Positions 1 through 11,778 of a stretch of 64,000 bases of DNA are shown here, piece after piece. Every line of letters starts with the position of its first letter. The first letter of the stretch is position 1. A program made the translations under genes and the position numbers. The notes beneath the pieces were generated by a model. It saw only the letters and a program-made list of their open reading frames with translations. It made no database searches and was not told where the DNA came from. The stretch comes from Rhodosorus marinus CCMP1338. Its lineage: Eukaryota > Plantae > Rhodophyta. The DNA lies in assembly GCA_029953675.1 (NCBI GenBank), contig JAMWBK010000008.1:992001-1056000 (forward strand). The letters run 5' to 3'.

Positions 1-1270
1 GCTTGGGATGTTGGGAGTGGTACGTCTCCTTTTGCTGGACCCTTTAGGGTTTCGACGCTCAGGCCTTGGACTCTGTTCTACCCCGTTTTGACCGTGCTCT
101 ACAGAGTCCTCGGTTCTTTCTCTACAGACTCTGCCGTTCTTGTTTCAATGCATCTGGAAAAAGTTTTCATGACGCCTTCATGCAGAGGCAAACAATCAAG
201 GCGGAGCTTGTATGACAGGCAAGCGCTAGGTATATCCCTTGGAGACTTTGGGCCGGTTCCCCGCGTAGCGTTCATTACCAGCCAGTACGCACGTGTTTTG
301 AACTGCTTAGACCCCCCTTTGAAACGCATTCCTCAAGAACGGGAACATTTCCAGGGAAAAGGAACGTTCAGTAGATTGCAAATCCCGTCGCTGGCAGAAC
401 CTCTACAGAAGTATTGTAGATATCAAGAACACAATAATTATCATTATACAAGATTTATAAGGACACGTTCTTTCGAATAATTGGATAAGTTTTCATACAT
501 CTCCCAGTGCAAGAACACGCGCCGATTTGTGATTGGTAGACTATTTGCCAAGTTGGAACTGGGGAGTGCTAAAATTTCTTCTGAAAATAGATAAGGTTGT
601 TTCCGAGCATGGAGCATCGCCGAAAAAACTAAAACTATATTAATACACTCTTGTTCCCGGGGACCTCAAGGCGTTGTCCAATGATATTTGGAAGTTGAAA
701 AACATTTCTGTGGACTCTTCATAAAAGGCTGTTGGAAGCCCTATAGAAAGGGGGTGAAGTTTCATTTTCTTCTACGGGAGGGGGGGGGGAAATCCAAGTA
801 GAGTTTATTCCAGAATTCCAGCCGAGAATGCTGTGACTATGTTTGAACTTTCTACTACCCGTTGAAAAGCTCATGATATATTACATAATGCGACTAATTT
901 AAATATAATACTTATATAGGATGTTTTTGCAAAGTGGGGTGATATATTCCATGGGAATTTTTCATTGCTCGACTGCTTGAGGAGCTACGATTTTTGGGGA
1001 TTTATGAGGGGGGGTGTGTAGGGGGTTCTTCCGTGGACTATATTTTTAGAAAAAAAATACTGTCCATGTTTGGGATTTTGCCTCTTGAGGTTCGATTTTG
1101 GGCGTCTAGAAGGCACTGGCTCATATATATATATCACGCGGATGACCTGTTCCGACTGGGAAGGTGATGGTAGGAACAAGTAAGCAAAGGAGAATGTGAG
1201 GTCTGTGGGGCATAGAGGGGTGTTTCCGGTTTGAGTTTTGGAGTGCAACTCGCTCTCAGTGAACAGAAAA

Positions 1271-2143
1271 ATGGCTTGCGATGTCAGAGAGTCGATGAGG
1301 AGCATGCTGGAGAGTGAGGATATGTTGGAAATCGTCACTGCTCTGGAGGAGGTCTGCGCTTTCGAGGAGGGGGGAGCCCCGGCGTTCTTGGAAACGGACG
1401 TTTGGGAGCTGGAGTCCATGCTGAGCGAGTCTGGTCTGCTGCGTCTGCAGGGTTGTATGAACCGCGTTAAGCAGTACGACTTCCGTCAGTATCCGGAATC
1501 GGACCACTTCACGCTTTGCAAGTATCGTGTAGAGATCGTGTGCAATGCGCTCATGCGTCTCCTTACGTCCTGGAAAGGTGAGAGGGCTGCAAAACTGCCG
1601 AAGTTGGAGCAAGATAGAAGAAACAAGAAGATCAATGCAGCATCAAGCGAAGTATCGCGGTTGAGGAGCTCTCTGATTCTGCCCGTAGCTCAGACTGAGG
1701 TTGAGCGCTTGGAGATGCTGGGTGAGCAGGCTTTGTCAGCGACAGCTCCGGAGCTGGCCCCGAATGACAGCGTAGATATCACAGAACCCGTCAGTGTGGA
1801 TACCCAAGGTGTTTTCCATACTGACAACCGGTTCAAGATTGACGGTGGCGGAATGTGGGTCGACGGTTATCAAGGTGTTCAGGGTTCCGAGTATCAAGGA
1901 GTTGATGAGCTAGCAGCACAGAAGCTTGATATGACCGACGCAGACCTGGCTGCTCTGGATTTTGCTTTCGGTACTTGTGCGAAGGAAACCGTGCAGACTG
2001 TTCATTCCACGCAGCCTTTGCCTTTGAATTACATGTTCGAGCAGTATATCTCAGAGAATCCGGATGCACTTGACAACCTGTACTCTCAGACGTCAACCGC
2101 AAAAAGCGAGCTAATGGATTCGTTAATGGACGAAGAAGCGTGA
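1271..2143 (+). CDS. Hypothetical protein, single exon (~290 aa), acidic C-terminal half
   Basis: Long stop-free ORF (track 1238-2143) with ATG at 1271, downstream of a G/T-rich leader like other gene starts in the window; no family recognised. Confidence 0.6.
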   Translation: MACDVRESMRSMLESEDMLEIVTALEEVCAFEEGGAPAFLETDVWELESMLSESGLLRLQGCMNRVKQYDFRQYPESDHFTLCKYRVEIVCNALMRLLTSWKGERAAKLPKLEQDRRNKKINAASSEVSRLRSSLILPVAQTEVERLEMLGEQALSATAPELAPNDSVDITEPVSVDTQGVFHTDNRFKIDGGGMWVDGYQGVQGSEYQGVDELAAQKLDMTDADLAALDFAFGTCAKETVQTVHSTQPLPLNYMFEQYISENPDALDNLYSQTSTAKSELMDSLMDEEA

Positions 2144-2399
2144 GGGAGCACCCTTGCTTGTTGTACTTGTTATGTGTGCTCTGTATGCTGAGGATTGAGC
2201 ACATTGTTGCCGGGATGCTTGAGCAGGGCAATCGTATCAGGTTCAGTTCCTGTCGGTTGCTGTGTATAGTTGGCGGGTGAAGTTCTCATATGGATATGAC
2301 TACCTTCTGAACATGTATATTTGAGGATTGAATTATTACTGCTGGCAAATTGACATCATTTACTTACTTGACTAACGTAACCACAGTCAATTTGTGTAT

Positions 2400-4143
2400 C
2401 ACTATCATTCTTAATAAAAAAAAAGCCATATGGCCCCCAAAGAAACGTGACATGTACGCAGGTGCTTGTCAGCACCCAACGCACCGACTGTCGTGGAGGA
2501 GGGCTTGTCTGTTCAGAATGTTCAACACCTAAAGCAACGACGCTCCTACTGCGAGGAACGCTTTTGTCCTTTCAGAATGTTCCATGAGTCATTTTGCAAT
2601 CGCTATCCCGACCTGTTTATGCGGCCGCGAACAAGACAACATTACTTGACCGATGGTTGCAGTTGTCGGTGCTCGTGATGCAAATCCCTATTGATGAAAC
2701 CACCGCCCGAGCTCCGCACAATCGTATTATCATTGTCTGGACTCTGCCTTGCTGTGGCAGGGACGCCATGACGCGATTTCCATCACGAGCCCACGCACAA
2801 CCTTGAGAACAGCAACCTACCAACATACGCCGCGCCCACCCACCCAACGGTTAGCGATCGATGTTTACGGTGGTATCACCGGGAATACAGCGGCTACGCA
2901 GCGACGCGTGATGAGCGATCCCAACCTGCCCAATACAAAAAAGCAACGGCAGCTTACCCCAATCGTCATCCACCCGGGAGCAGGACAACAGTACGCGATC
3001 GATGAGCCTCCAGGTGCTCTCGTTCGACACTTTGACAAACTCACTAGCTCTCCATCAAGGAGGGTTTCCCCCGTGGAAAATCTGCGGAACTGTCGCGTTC
3101 TTGGGGAACTCTTTTCAGCGTTTGACACGGATTCAACGTCGAGGATGTTTTTTGCTGTGGTCAATGCTGACCGACGCATGAATAGGTTCAGCGGACATTG
3201 CATATGGACTCATGCTACAGGGACATGGGAAGAGGGTCCGACGAAAGACACCAGAGGTAAAGACCATGTCGATTCTCCGGAACTTTCCAGCGAGGCATGC
3301 CTCGCTGGAAAGTTCCGGAGAATCGACTCATGGCTTTTGCCAAAAACACAAGCAGTCATAATTCTATCCCAATCATCAAAAAACTTGGGTGGATCCGCAA
3401 GGACAAGCTTTTTAAAGGGAATCCTTCCAAAAAGCAACGGTGCACATCTGTCAGTGACATATTTGTAGGTCACCGCGGGACTGTACAAAAACTTTTGTTC
3501 AGGTATCAGTTCGACATGACATGTGCACAGTGGCACCAAGGGAAAGAATCAGATGCCTTCGAAGTGGGTCGAAACCAGAAAGAAGCGCTGGCTTCGCTGA
3601 AGCCCAGCGGCACTCGCGTTGTCACGAGTCGAAACTATATACACGGTCATTGCCTAAGCGAGTCTTAAGCCGCTGAGAAAAGAATTTCAAATTAATTGCG
3701 CTCTTAGACGAATTTCCAAAGCCATTTGAGCTTCGGTGAACACGTGGTAGTGGTTGCTCTCCTACTGATAAGGGACACATGGCCCACTTTGGTCGGATTC
3801 TAAACCCGCACGGCTGTTTGCAGACCTACCTCCACCCGCTCTACAGACGGTGACAGCACGAAATGACGTACAATCTCCACGAAACCAAGTCCCACTTTCT
3901 ATTTTTTGAAGCAAAAACACCCAGAAAACTCTTTTTCATGGCAAACTTTCTAAAATGTATCAATGACGCAGTTGAAAGGAAGCTTTTTTGTTCCGACACG
4001 TAGCTAGCCGGCATCCCCCCCCAGAAATTGAACTCAGTTCTATTCCCTCCCCGGGCAATTTCAAACTCATCATCAGGTTCCAAAAAAATACTTTTTTTTT
4101 GGCTTGTCCAGAATTCGCAGCTCCCCCTGCCACAGGTCGTCAA
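2400..4143 (-). CDS. Possible multi-exon hypothetical gene (model unresolved)
   Basis: Protein-like minus-strand segments (PAVTYKYVTDRCAPLLFGRIPFKKLVLADPPKFFDDWDRIM; ALTTAKNILDVESVSNAEK), GTAAGC/GTGAGT donor-like sites and upstream strand skew; a competing plus-strand ORF (2749-3468) overlaps. Confidence 0.3.
3268..3327. repeat. 60-bp perfect palindrome with no spacer
   Basis: GTCGATTCTCCGGAACTTTCCAGCGAGGCA is followed immediately by its exact reverse complement TGCCTCGCTGGAAAGTTCCGGAGAATCGAC. Confidence 0.97.
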
Positions 4144-4715
4144 CGGCTAATAGCTTCAGCAAATATCGCCTGACACCCTACCTCGCCCCCTGGATTGTAA
4201 TGGTAAAACAGAAATTATCGTTTGAAGATCTAAGTCACCATTAATTTTAAGAAGAAAAAACCACTAAAGGAAGAAGATAATAACCCGTTCACCAATCACA
4301 CCAGAACAAAATTTATGAATTCAACTCGAGCGTAATAGCTATATAGTTTATTGTATATTTGTATCAATATAATATTTTAAAAAAACTAGTACCCAAGCAT
4401 ATATACGTTATTCTACAAAAAACGGTTATACCAAGCGCACAGGGCTCCACCAGAAAAACAGAGAAATTAGGAGGGCCCTGGAAACTTTGTTTTTCCCGGA
4501 AAAATTGGGCGTTTTCGATTGCTTAAATATGCCCATCAGGACATATTCGAGCCTGAGGAAATAAGGATATTTTGAATGACCTACGGGTTTTTATAGCATT
4601 TTTAGAGAGTGAGGATAGTCCTCAAGAATAAGTTTTTTTTTAGGCAACAAGGGGTGACCCTGCGGACCCCCAATTTTTTTTGTTTTCTTCACATCTCACC
4701 AATACGCACTGCTTA

Positions 4716-4851
4716 TGATTGGATACAGTACTTGTCGGACTTGAATTATCCGTGCATGATTGGATAACTATTTCTATTATAATATGAAAAGATATGTTCC
4801 GTACCAAACAACCTGCTTCACAGGATAGCTTTTATTCCCTGTGATTGGATA
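4716..4851. promoter_or_regulatory. Three TGATTGGATA (reverse CCAAT-box) motifs in a divergent promoter region
   Basis: Identical 10-mers at 4716, 4757 and 4842 in AT-rich intergenic DNA; the reverse strand reads TATCCAATCA, matching the NF-Y/HAP CCAAT consensus. Confidence 0.55.
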
Positions 4852-6093
4852 AGTGACACAGAATATTGAGAAAAGTTTGATCATTTCACAAAACAGCCCA
4901 AACCACGTAACGCTGGCACACAACAAACAAAGCATAGAACATATACGGTTGGCAAGGGGAACTGGAGGGCTCGGCGATGGGGGGGGGGGGCGGGGGCCAG
5001 ATAACAATTAATCGCTGAGGTAGGGCAATATGGCTTCTATTAATCCCTCCTAACTTATTTAGATATATAATTATCAACAAGATAAAGCGGTATGTCGTGC
5101 TCGAGAATTATACTTTGAAGGGCAGGGGGGTGAGACCAGAGTGGATTTTCTTCCTTCATCGTCAAATGAAAAAGAGGTACACCACTAAATTTTATCAAAA
5201 AAGGGTTCTCCGTTTCCAAAAAGTCATTTTCCGTTGCGAGGAGTTCAATAAATTTACGATCTTTTTTTTTTTTGGTGAGTTTTCTCACTAATAGAGTAGC
5301 TTTTGGAAAGGACTAAGGGGTGGTGGAGCGCACCTATTTTGAGGGGACCGGGGGAGAAGGTCTGGACAATGAAAAGTGGAGGGAGGTGATGGAAATGGAG
5401 AAAAAAAAGACTTAAAAATTACCTTTTTAGGGTGACAGAGGGGAGGGGGGGGATGGTGGGGAGGAAAATTTTAGGATGCCATGAGGAAGCTGTTTTTCGA
5501 TATTGGGGGAAGGCCCGTCCAAAGTTGGGAGAGAGGATCTTATTTTTTGATAGATGGTTACTAGGTTGAACAAGAACAGAACAAGGATTGAGGGTTTGAC
5601 GTGAGGGAGGGAAGAGCGGTGAGTGGAAAAGGTGGGAGGGGGGGGTGGGTGGGGGAATGGTAAGGAAGTGTGTGCGTGTGTGGGGATGTTGAGCTTTGGA
5701 AGTCTGGAAAAGGAGGAGGTCGGGGACACTTGCAGAAGAGTCAGTTTTTTAATTGAAAGTTTAGATTTTCAAGATCAGGGTTACTTATGTAGTTTGGATA
5801 TTAACTGTGGTGTTGCAGGCGCTTGAAATCGTGGGGGTTTGGACGTGGACGGTGGGCGGGTTTTGGGGGAGCATTGGGTTGGATTTGGGCGTTGCGTATT
5901 ACTTGCTGCTGGTTCTCTGCAGCCTCTTGGTTGGTGCTTGGGGAGGAGTGAATCGTGGGGTCGTTTCCCGGGGGTCCGAGCTCGTCGGTAGCGACGCTGG
6001 ACAGGCGAGGTGGTTTTCTTGGGGAAGCCTGTTTGTGCTTTGTTGCTAAACATGTGCTTCTGAACGAGACTTTGCTTGCGCAAGTTGTAACTA

Positions 6094-6810
6094 GTGGGGA
6101 GTGGGAGGCGTGGCAGCAGAACGTTGCTCCCAATGGAGAGTGGTGATGGCACTGACAATGACCTCGTCTTGGTAGAGTTCATCTATCCGAGAAGGGTCAA
6201 ATCCGGGGAAGTTCGAATACATGGAGAGTGGGATGGATTCTCCGGTCAGGTTCTGGGCAGGGAAAGCGCGGAACCTGGACGAAGTATATACAGTTGTCAA
6301 GTAGAGCTGAGGAGAGGAACCTTCAGATACTATTTCATAGTGAACGGGAAGCGAAGGGTTTCCGATTACCACCCACAGACGGAGAAGGAGGCTGGGGGAG
6401 AACTCTTCAACGTGCGTGCTGTGCAGGGCCGAGTTAGCTATGAAATGAAGAGGAACGAAGTAGCTGAGCACTACGACGTCATATCAAAACAGCGGTTGAA
6501 GTTGGACCGAAAATACGCTCGTACGTTTGCCGGGAGGGATCCCAAAAAGGAGCTTTCACCCGCGTGGTCCAAATCTGCGGATAAGTTGCCTCCTGAACCA
6601 GCGCCCACCGCTGAGGCCAAAAGCATCAGCCAGATTACAGTCAGCCAGATAAAAGCCTACAACGACAGTGAGGGACAACTTGATGGGCAAAGACATGCGG
6701 TAGGTGTCTGGCAAGAAACTGAAAAGGACGCACCGCCGGTGGCTGCGAACGAAGCGAACGGAAGCGTTTCCAAGCCGTTCTTCAAGCCAATTTTTGGGAA
6801 GCGAGGATGA
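6094..6810 (+). CDS. CBM48 / AMPK-beta-type glycogen- or starch-binding domain protein
   Basis: VEFIYP..GEVRIHGEWDGF...QVELRRGTFRYYFIVNGK..VSDYHP matches the AMPK1_CBM pattern; the true start or upstream exons are uncertain. Confidence 0.82.
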   Translation: MGSGRRGSRTLLPMESGDGTDNDLVLVEFIYPRRVKSGEVRIHGEWDGFSGQVLGRESAEPGRSIYSCQVELRRGTFRYYFIVNGKRRVSDYHPQTEKEAGGELFNVRAVQGRVSYEMKRNEVAEHYDVISKQRLKLDRKYARTFAGRDPKKELSPAWSKSADKLPPEPAPTAEAKSISQITVSQIKAYNDSEGQLDGQRHAVGVWQETEKDAPPVAANEANGSVSKPFFKPIFGKRG

Positions 6811-7774
6811 GCTGCTGGAAAATGAGAGAGCGTGCAAGAGTTGTGCATGCCTTTTTTTTTCCCTGAACGGACTGGACCTGTCCTTGTTGCCCCCGAAAAA
6901 TAGCGGCCTCGGATACATTTTCGCTGCTGAATGTGTTGTAACAGTACCCCGCGGCTCGGCACGGTTAGCCCAGAAGGTACTCATCCATTGAACGTACCCG
7001 ACAGGTGGTTGCGCCTGTGCTAGAGTTGAACCAATTTCTCTGTCCGGGTGGTTCGCTAAGGCGTGCCAGGGAGAAGTTTTTAGGCTGTAATATATCTGTT
7101 ATCTGGCTTGGTATAGGTTTACCATGTGAGGACAGAGGCATGACCTTGGATCTTGGATGGACTATTATGTGATGCCGCTTGACTATGTTCGCGGGAGGGC
7201 GAGTTGACATTCCGTGTCTTGCAATTGTAGTTGGGGGTTCGGGCCACTCCGGTCGGGGCCGTTGTAGACTCGATTGTCACCACAATAGGTTCAAGCATCC
7301 TGAAGGATAGCTTGCTTCTCACGAGAGTGCTTAGCATTGATTAACATGTACAAACAAAGTTCATTTCAAACGTAATGGAGATAAGAGAAAGGAACCAACA
7401 AAAACACAAGCCTTAGAGAGCGGAGGAAATCAGATGGATGGTGGTGTCGACTGAGCTTGGCGCTCCGGTAGAGTCTCCTCGTCAGTTCTGAAGCGGAGCA
7501 ATCTCCGAGTGGTCGTTTGACGTAGCTCCTGCCCCCTGATTTGTTGAACGCAGGACTCGCAAGAGCGGTCATTCATTCTTGAAGTAGCCTCACCACCCGG
7601 AAATGCCATCTCGCCCATACGTTCATTGATTGATGTCGAACCTTTACAGACCCTCCAAGGGGCGGGAAAAGAGGAGCGACCCGGGAAAGCGAATAGGTTT
7701 AGCTGCTAAGAGATCAGCTGGTTCGCTCAAGTCTAGCACTTCGAAAACAACTACGGTTCGGCCTGTGCTGTCTC

Positions 7775-8378
7775 TCATGTAGATTCGTCGTCAGAGGATT
7801 CCACGGCTTTCTTCGGACTAGTACGAAAACGTCCCATCTTGACCATATGCTCTCTGTTTTGCTTATCCGCCTCGATACCGAGCATTATTCTCTGGCGCTC
7901 TTCTTCCCTCAGTTCGGCCTTGGTCCTACGCTCCGTAAGACTGAGCTCCAATGCCTCTCGGTTTCTCTTTAGATTTTTCTCAACAATTTCCAATCCCTGG
8001 ATAAGGTGCTGCTCAGAATCTGTATATAGTAACCACCTGATCGGCAAGCGTCGGTTTCGGATTCCAGGGTTAGTTCATGTGTGTATTTGCGAGGTTACGT
8101 CTTAGCAAAACCTACTCTTCAAAATCCTTCGCAGTTTGTCGGAAACCCAAACTCATCATGAGCTCGACACCGCCTTCCATTTTACCAATCTTTCCCTGAA
8201 ACGTCTTCCCTCGCGTTCGAATTGTGCGATACTTCTCATCTTCAGGGTTCTCGTGGATATTTATCAGGATCCTCTGGACTGTTTCCAAACCACTAACAAC
8301 CACGCTGAGAGAGTTCTTCTTCAGTACCATATCATACATAACGTCTAGGACCTTCTTCCCGTAGTCTACCTCAGCCAT
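7775..8378 (-). CDS. PUB-domain protein (p97/CDC48 cofactor type), 2 exons
   Basis: LETVQRILINIHENPEDEKYRTIR...KMEGGVELMMSLGF is a PUB signature; a GT-AG intron joins it to a coiled-coil exon ending ...ESSDDEST*. Confidence 0.85.
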
Positions 8379-8573
8379 TTCCTCTTGCCAACACACGAAC
8401 CCAAAAACAAATCCTTACTGAACCTTAACCTCTAACCTCTTGACGTTGTCCCGCTGCACCCTTCATCGCTCACCCGACCTCAGCCAAGCAGATTGATAGT
8501 TCATATAGAACCGCCCGTTCTACGCCCGTTCTACGATTCTAGGACAAGCTGACGAGGTTGTGAGAGCGGATAA

Positions 8574-9943
8574 TCAAAGCTCATCAACAGTAGGTTTTCT
8601 AATGGCAACCAAAGCGGGATGCTCCGTTCTCATCGTAATCATGTGGCTTGCCACGATCGCTCTACGAGCGCCATCTCCCAATCCCCAGCAATTCGAAAAC
8701 CCGTGTTGATTTGCTGCTTTTTTTCCCAAAGTGCTGTACGGTTGTCTTCGTAGTGCTTCACTATCTAGAGAAGATTTTGGTACTGCAATCTGATCATCGG
8801 AGCCAGTCATTTTTGTTCTCCTGCTCCCAATAATAAAGCTCTGTCCTCCGCTCTATCATATGTTCGACCTCTGACATCCTGGGAGAGGGCTCGGAGATGC
8901 CCAGCACGCTGCTAGAGGTTGTAGAACGGCAAACCTTTGCAGCAGGTTCTGAATCAGAAATCTCCGAAGCGGGACAGTCAGTTTCCTTAAGAATGATCTT
9001 GACTTCACCATTGGTGGACCGTCCAAGGAATACTTCCGTATATTTAGCATGTCAGTCCTCCCTAGAACAAAGAACGGTAGGCAAAGGACCCGCTGAGAAA
9101 ACTTAGAACCCGGATTGATTGAAGCATAGGGGCTTCATATGTTCTGAGACATATATAAAAGCCGTTCCCGCCTCATCTTTATAGTATCGTTAGAGCCGCT
9201 GTCCTCTTCGTGAAAATACTAGAATCTCAATTGAGAATGCTTCGGAAGGGTGGTCAGAAAGGTATAGTCTGGAGTCATAACCCCAAAACAGGCCAGGCAT
9301 TACAATGAGAACAACGGTGTGCCTACCAAAGCGCTGTCGTTCTCATTGAATGTATTGTAATGCTGATCCTGATCGTGAGATGGAAAACCCAGACTAGCCT
9401 TCCTCCTACACCTGATTCCTCGCAGACCGGATCAAGGTTAGGATCGAGCGCTACTAGATCCATCTTCCGTGCCGAACGCAGCGGTCCATTATCAAGATGG
9501 CAGTGTGAGTACCATTGTTATCTTGGGCAAATAGAACTGACACTATGCTACCAGATCCGATAAGGCTTCTTCGCGTCAAGCAATCTGGAGCAAGCTTTGC
9601 CCGTTTCCAGAAAGCGCAGGTTTTCCAGGCCCAATGGCAATAGTTACTCTTAAGTGCCCTTTTTTAACAAGCAAACGGATAGTTGCTCTGTACCTCCGGA
9701 AATACAAATTTCCTGGCCAAATGAAACTGGAAAAGGTTTCAAGGAATTCTCATTGCCCTGAATTAAGAATCTCACAAGCCTTTTGCTAGTTTGGACGGAG
9801 AATCTCCTTGGCCAAACGAAAATGGTCAATGTTCTTCGATAAGCGAGCAGGCTGGGTTGCAAATGTTGACAAAGGTTTTGGGGATGTGTAGAGGTTTCCT
9901 CTAGAGTGCTAGGCTCGATGAGACTAGCGGATATAGATGCCAT
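8574..9943 (-). CDS. Possible multi-exon hypothetical gene
   Basis: ATG-started ORF 9650-9943 and further open segments at 8856-9050 and 8574-8810; no homology recognised. Confidence 0.28.
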
Positions 9944-9976
9944 AATCTTCGTTTGATAGGCAGCTGTTATTTCAAT

Positions 9977-10611
9977 ATGGCTGTTGTTGATGAGGAACTT
10001 GGGGAGGCTGATGGTGAGCGCTGACGTCGCAGAGCTCTGCTTTGTGTTTATTTTTTGCTGCAGAGAGTATGCTCTGATACGACCAGCTGTACTGAATCAT
10101 TCTGTTTTATGATCATGCTTTCATTTCATGGCATTTGGTAATTGTACGCGCAGTGGAAACCACGACTTTGCTGGATCCGCCTGTTCCACGGGATGATATA
10201 AAGACCCATATGTCGAATGAGCGGACATTCTTCAAATGGCTATGGTCTGGCCTTAGGCTTGGTAGTGTTGGCACGTTTGTCCTCGCGTTCTTTGACAGAG
10301 GCAAGGACCCCTTTCGACTACCACTGGTCGCGTTTTGTTGGGTATGGATAAGTGCTTCAATCTAGGAAATGTGTTTGGTGATTGTGGTCTGCCCTAAGGC
10401 TCGTGCTCGTACTTTGTTATGGTTCCAGATTGTCGCGATCGGATTCATGATTTATGGGCTGGTTCAGTATGAGTCACGACGGCAGGCAATTTTTGAGGGT
10501 AGTGTTGATCGCGACAGATGGCAACATCCCGCTGGGCCAGTGGCCATAACTGTGGCGTTCACTGTGGTTGTTCTCCTCGTCATCTTCGCTACGCTTGTCG
10601 AGCGCAAGTAG
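9977..10611 (+). CDS. DUF202 membrane protein (VTC1/YidH-like), 3 exons
   Basis: Spliced product MAVVDEELGEAD|VETT...THMSNERTFFKWLWSG...FCW|IVAIG...; the (A/S)NERTF motif plus three hydrophobic helices; both introns are phase-compatible GT-AG. Confidence 0.85.
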
Positions 10612-11778
10612 CCCAAAGCGTATCGCTCTATGGAAATGCTCAGCGAGCGCTGTCCAGGTAGATGCCTCAACCCCGGACGGGAATACAATCTTCCTGTCCA
10701 TTGGGTACACGCATCGTACGAATCTATGAGAGCGTTCGGGACTGACTGCGTGCTTTCGAGCTCAAAGACGGAATCTTACTCTTCAGACGTCATTGCAGTC
10801 CAGCGCAGTATCGCCGCTTCTCTTCGGTAGACTATGCGAACTCGGCGGATAAAGCTCGTGGACACATGTACAGCTCTTCGGTAAGGAAACTCCTTTCCGT
10901 CATCGATAGTCAGAGATAGAGGAGCTCTTCTACCAGAACAGACGCACGTGCTGCCTCCTTAAAAAAGCTCGGAACTGTTTTCTCTTATGACCACCCGTGA
11001 CTGCGTGTTAACGTTGCAAATACTGACTGCTACTACTTTCAAGGACTCTATAAGTCGTCCCGACCACAGTACGAGAACGGTTCATGCAGTCAATAAGATC
11101 ATCAGCAACGCGAGAAGCCCCGCAAAATCTCCATCAGATCAGATCAGATCAAACCTGTTCCAGAGCTAGCTATTCCGGAGCAGGCGGTGAAACTAACAAG
11201 TAACTCTAGTACAACTAAAAATCTGCAAGGCGCGGGCTTCCAAGAACAGTGCACCATTCGTCCGACCAGAGCAGATAATTAGAGCTGGGACACCGAGTTT
11301 CGGAGACCAAGAGGTTTAGCGGCGAAAGATTGGGCCAGATCATGTGACTTCTCCATCAACGACATTCCACCTACCCCAAAACCCTTAAACCAACGGTTCT
11401 TACTGACTAGTACGAACGGCGCTCAGCAAACATCTAAATCTTATTACAAAGAAGGCAAATTGTACTAAGTAAAAAAATTCCGTACTAAGAATATACAATG
11501 GAGTACTGAGATGGAATAGTCGCCAAAAAATTCATTTTTCGTCGTAAAGATGGAGACGCGGAGTGCAGGAGGATATATAATACATGGCACGTTGGAATTG
11601 AAGGGGGTGGTGGGAGGGCGTGGGTTGGGTTGGGAGGGTGAGACAGACTAGGTTGGATTTTTGAAGACTAAGGATTATTTGTGAAGTTGAATTTATAGGA
11701 TTCCTCTTTTTTTGTTGTTTAGTGGTTTTTGAGTCTTGCGAGTGTGACTTGATCTTGTGAAAGTTTTTTTTTGGCGCG

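Noticed and set aside
1-500. Gene at the left window edge
   Set aside because: Some minus-strand open frames exist, but I could not build a consistent model or recognise any homology.
2749-3468. Plus-strand 239-aa ORF as a transposase or other gene
   Set aside because: No recognisable motif; it overlaps more protein-like minus-strand segments and the upstream skew favours the minus strand.
9943-9977. Head-to-head start codons only 33 bp apart
   Set aside because: The minus-strand gene model is too weakly supported to claim overlapping promoters.
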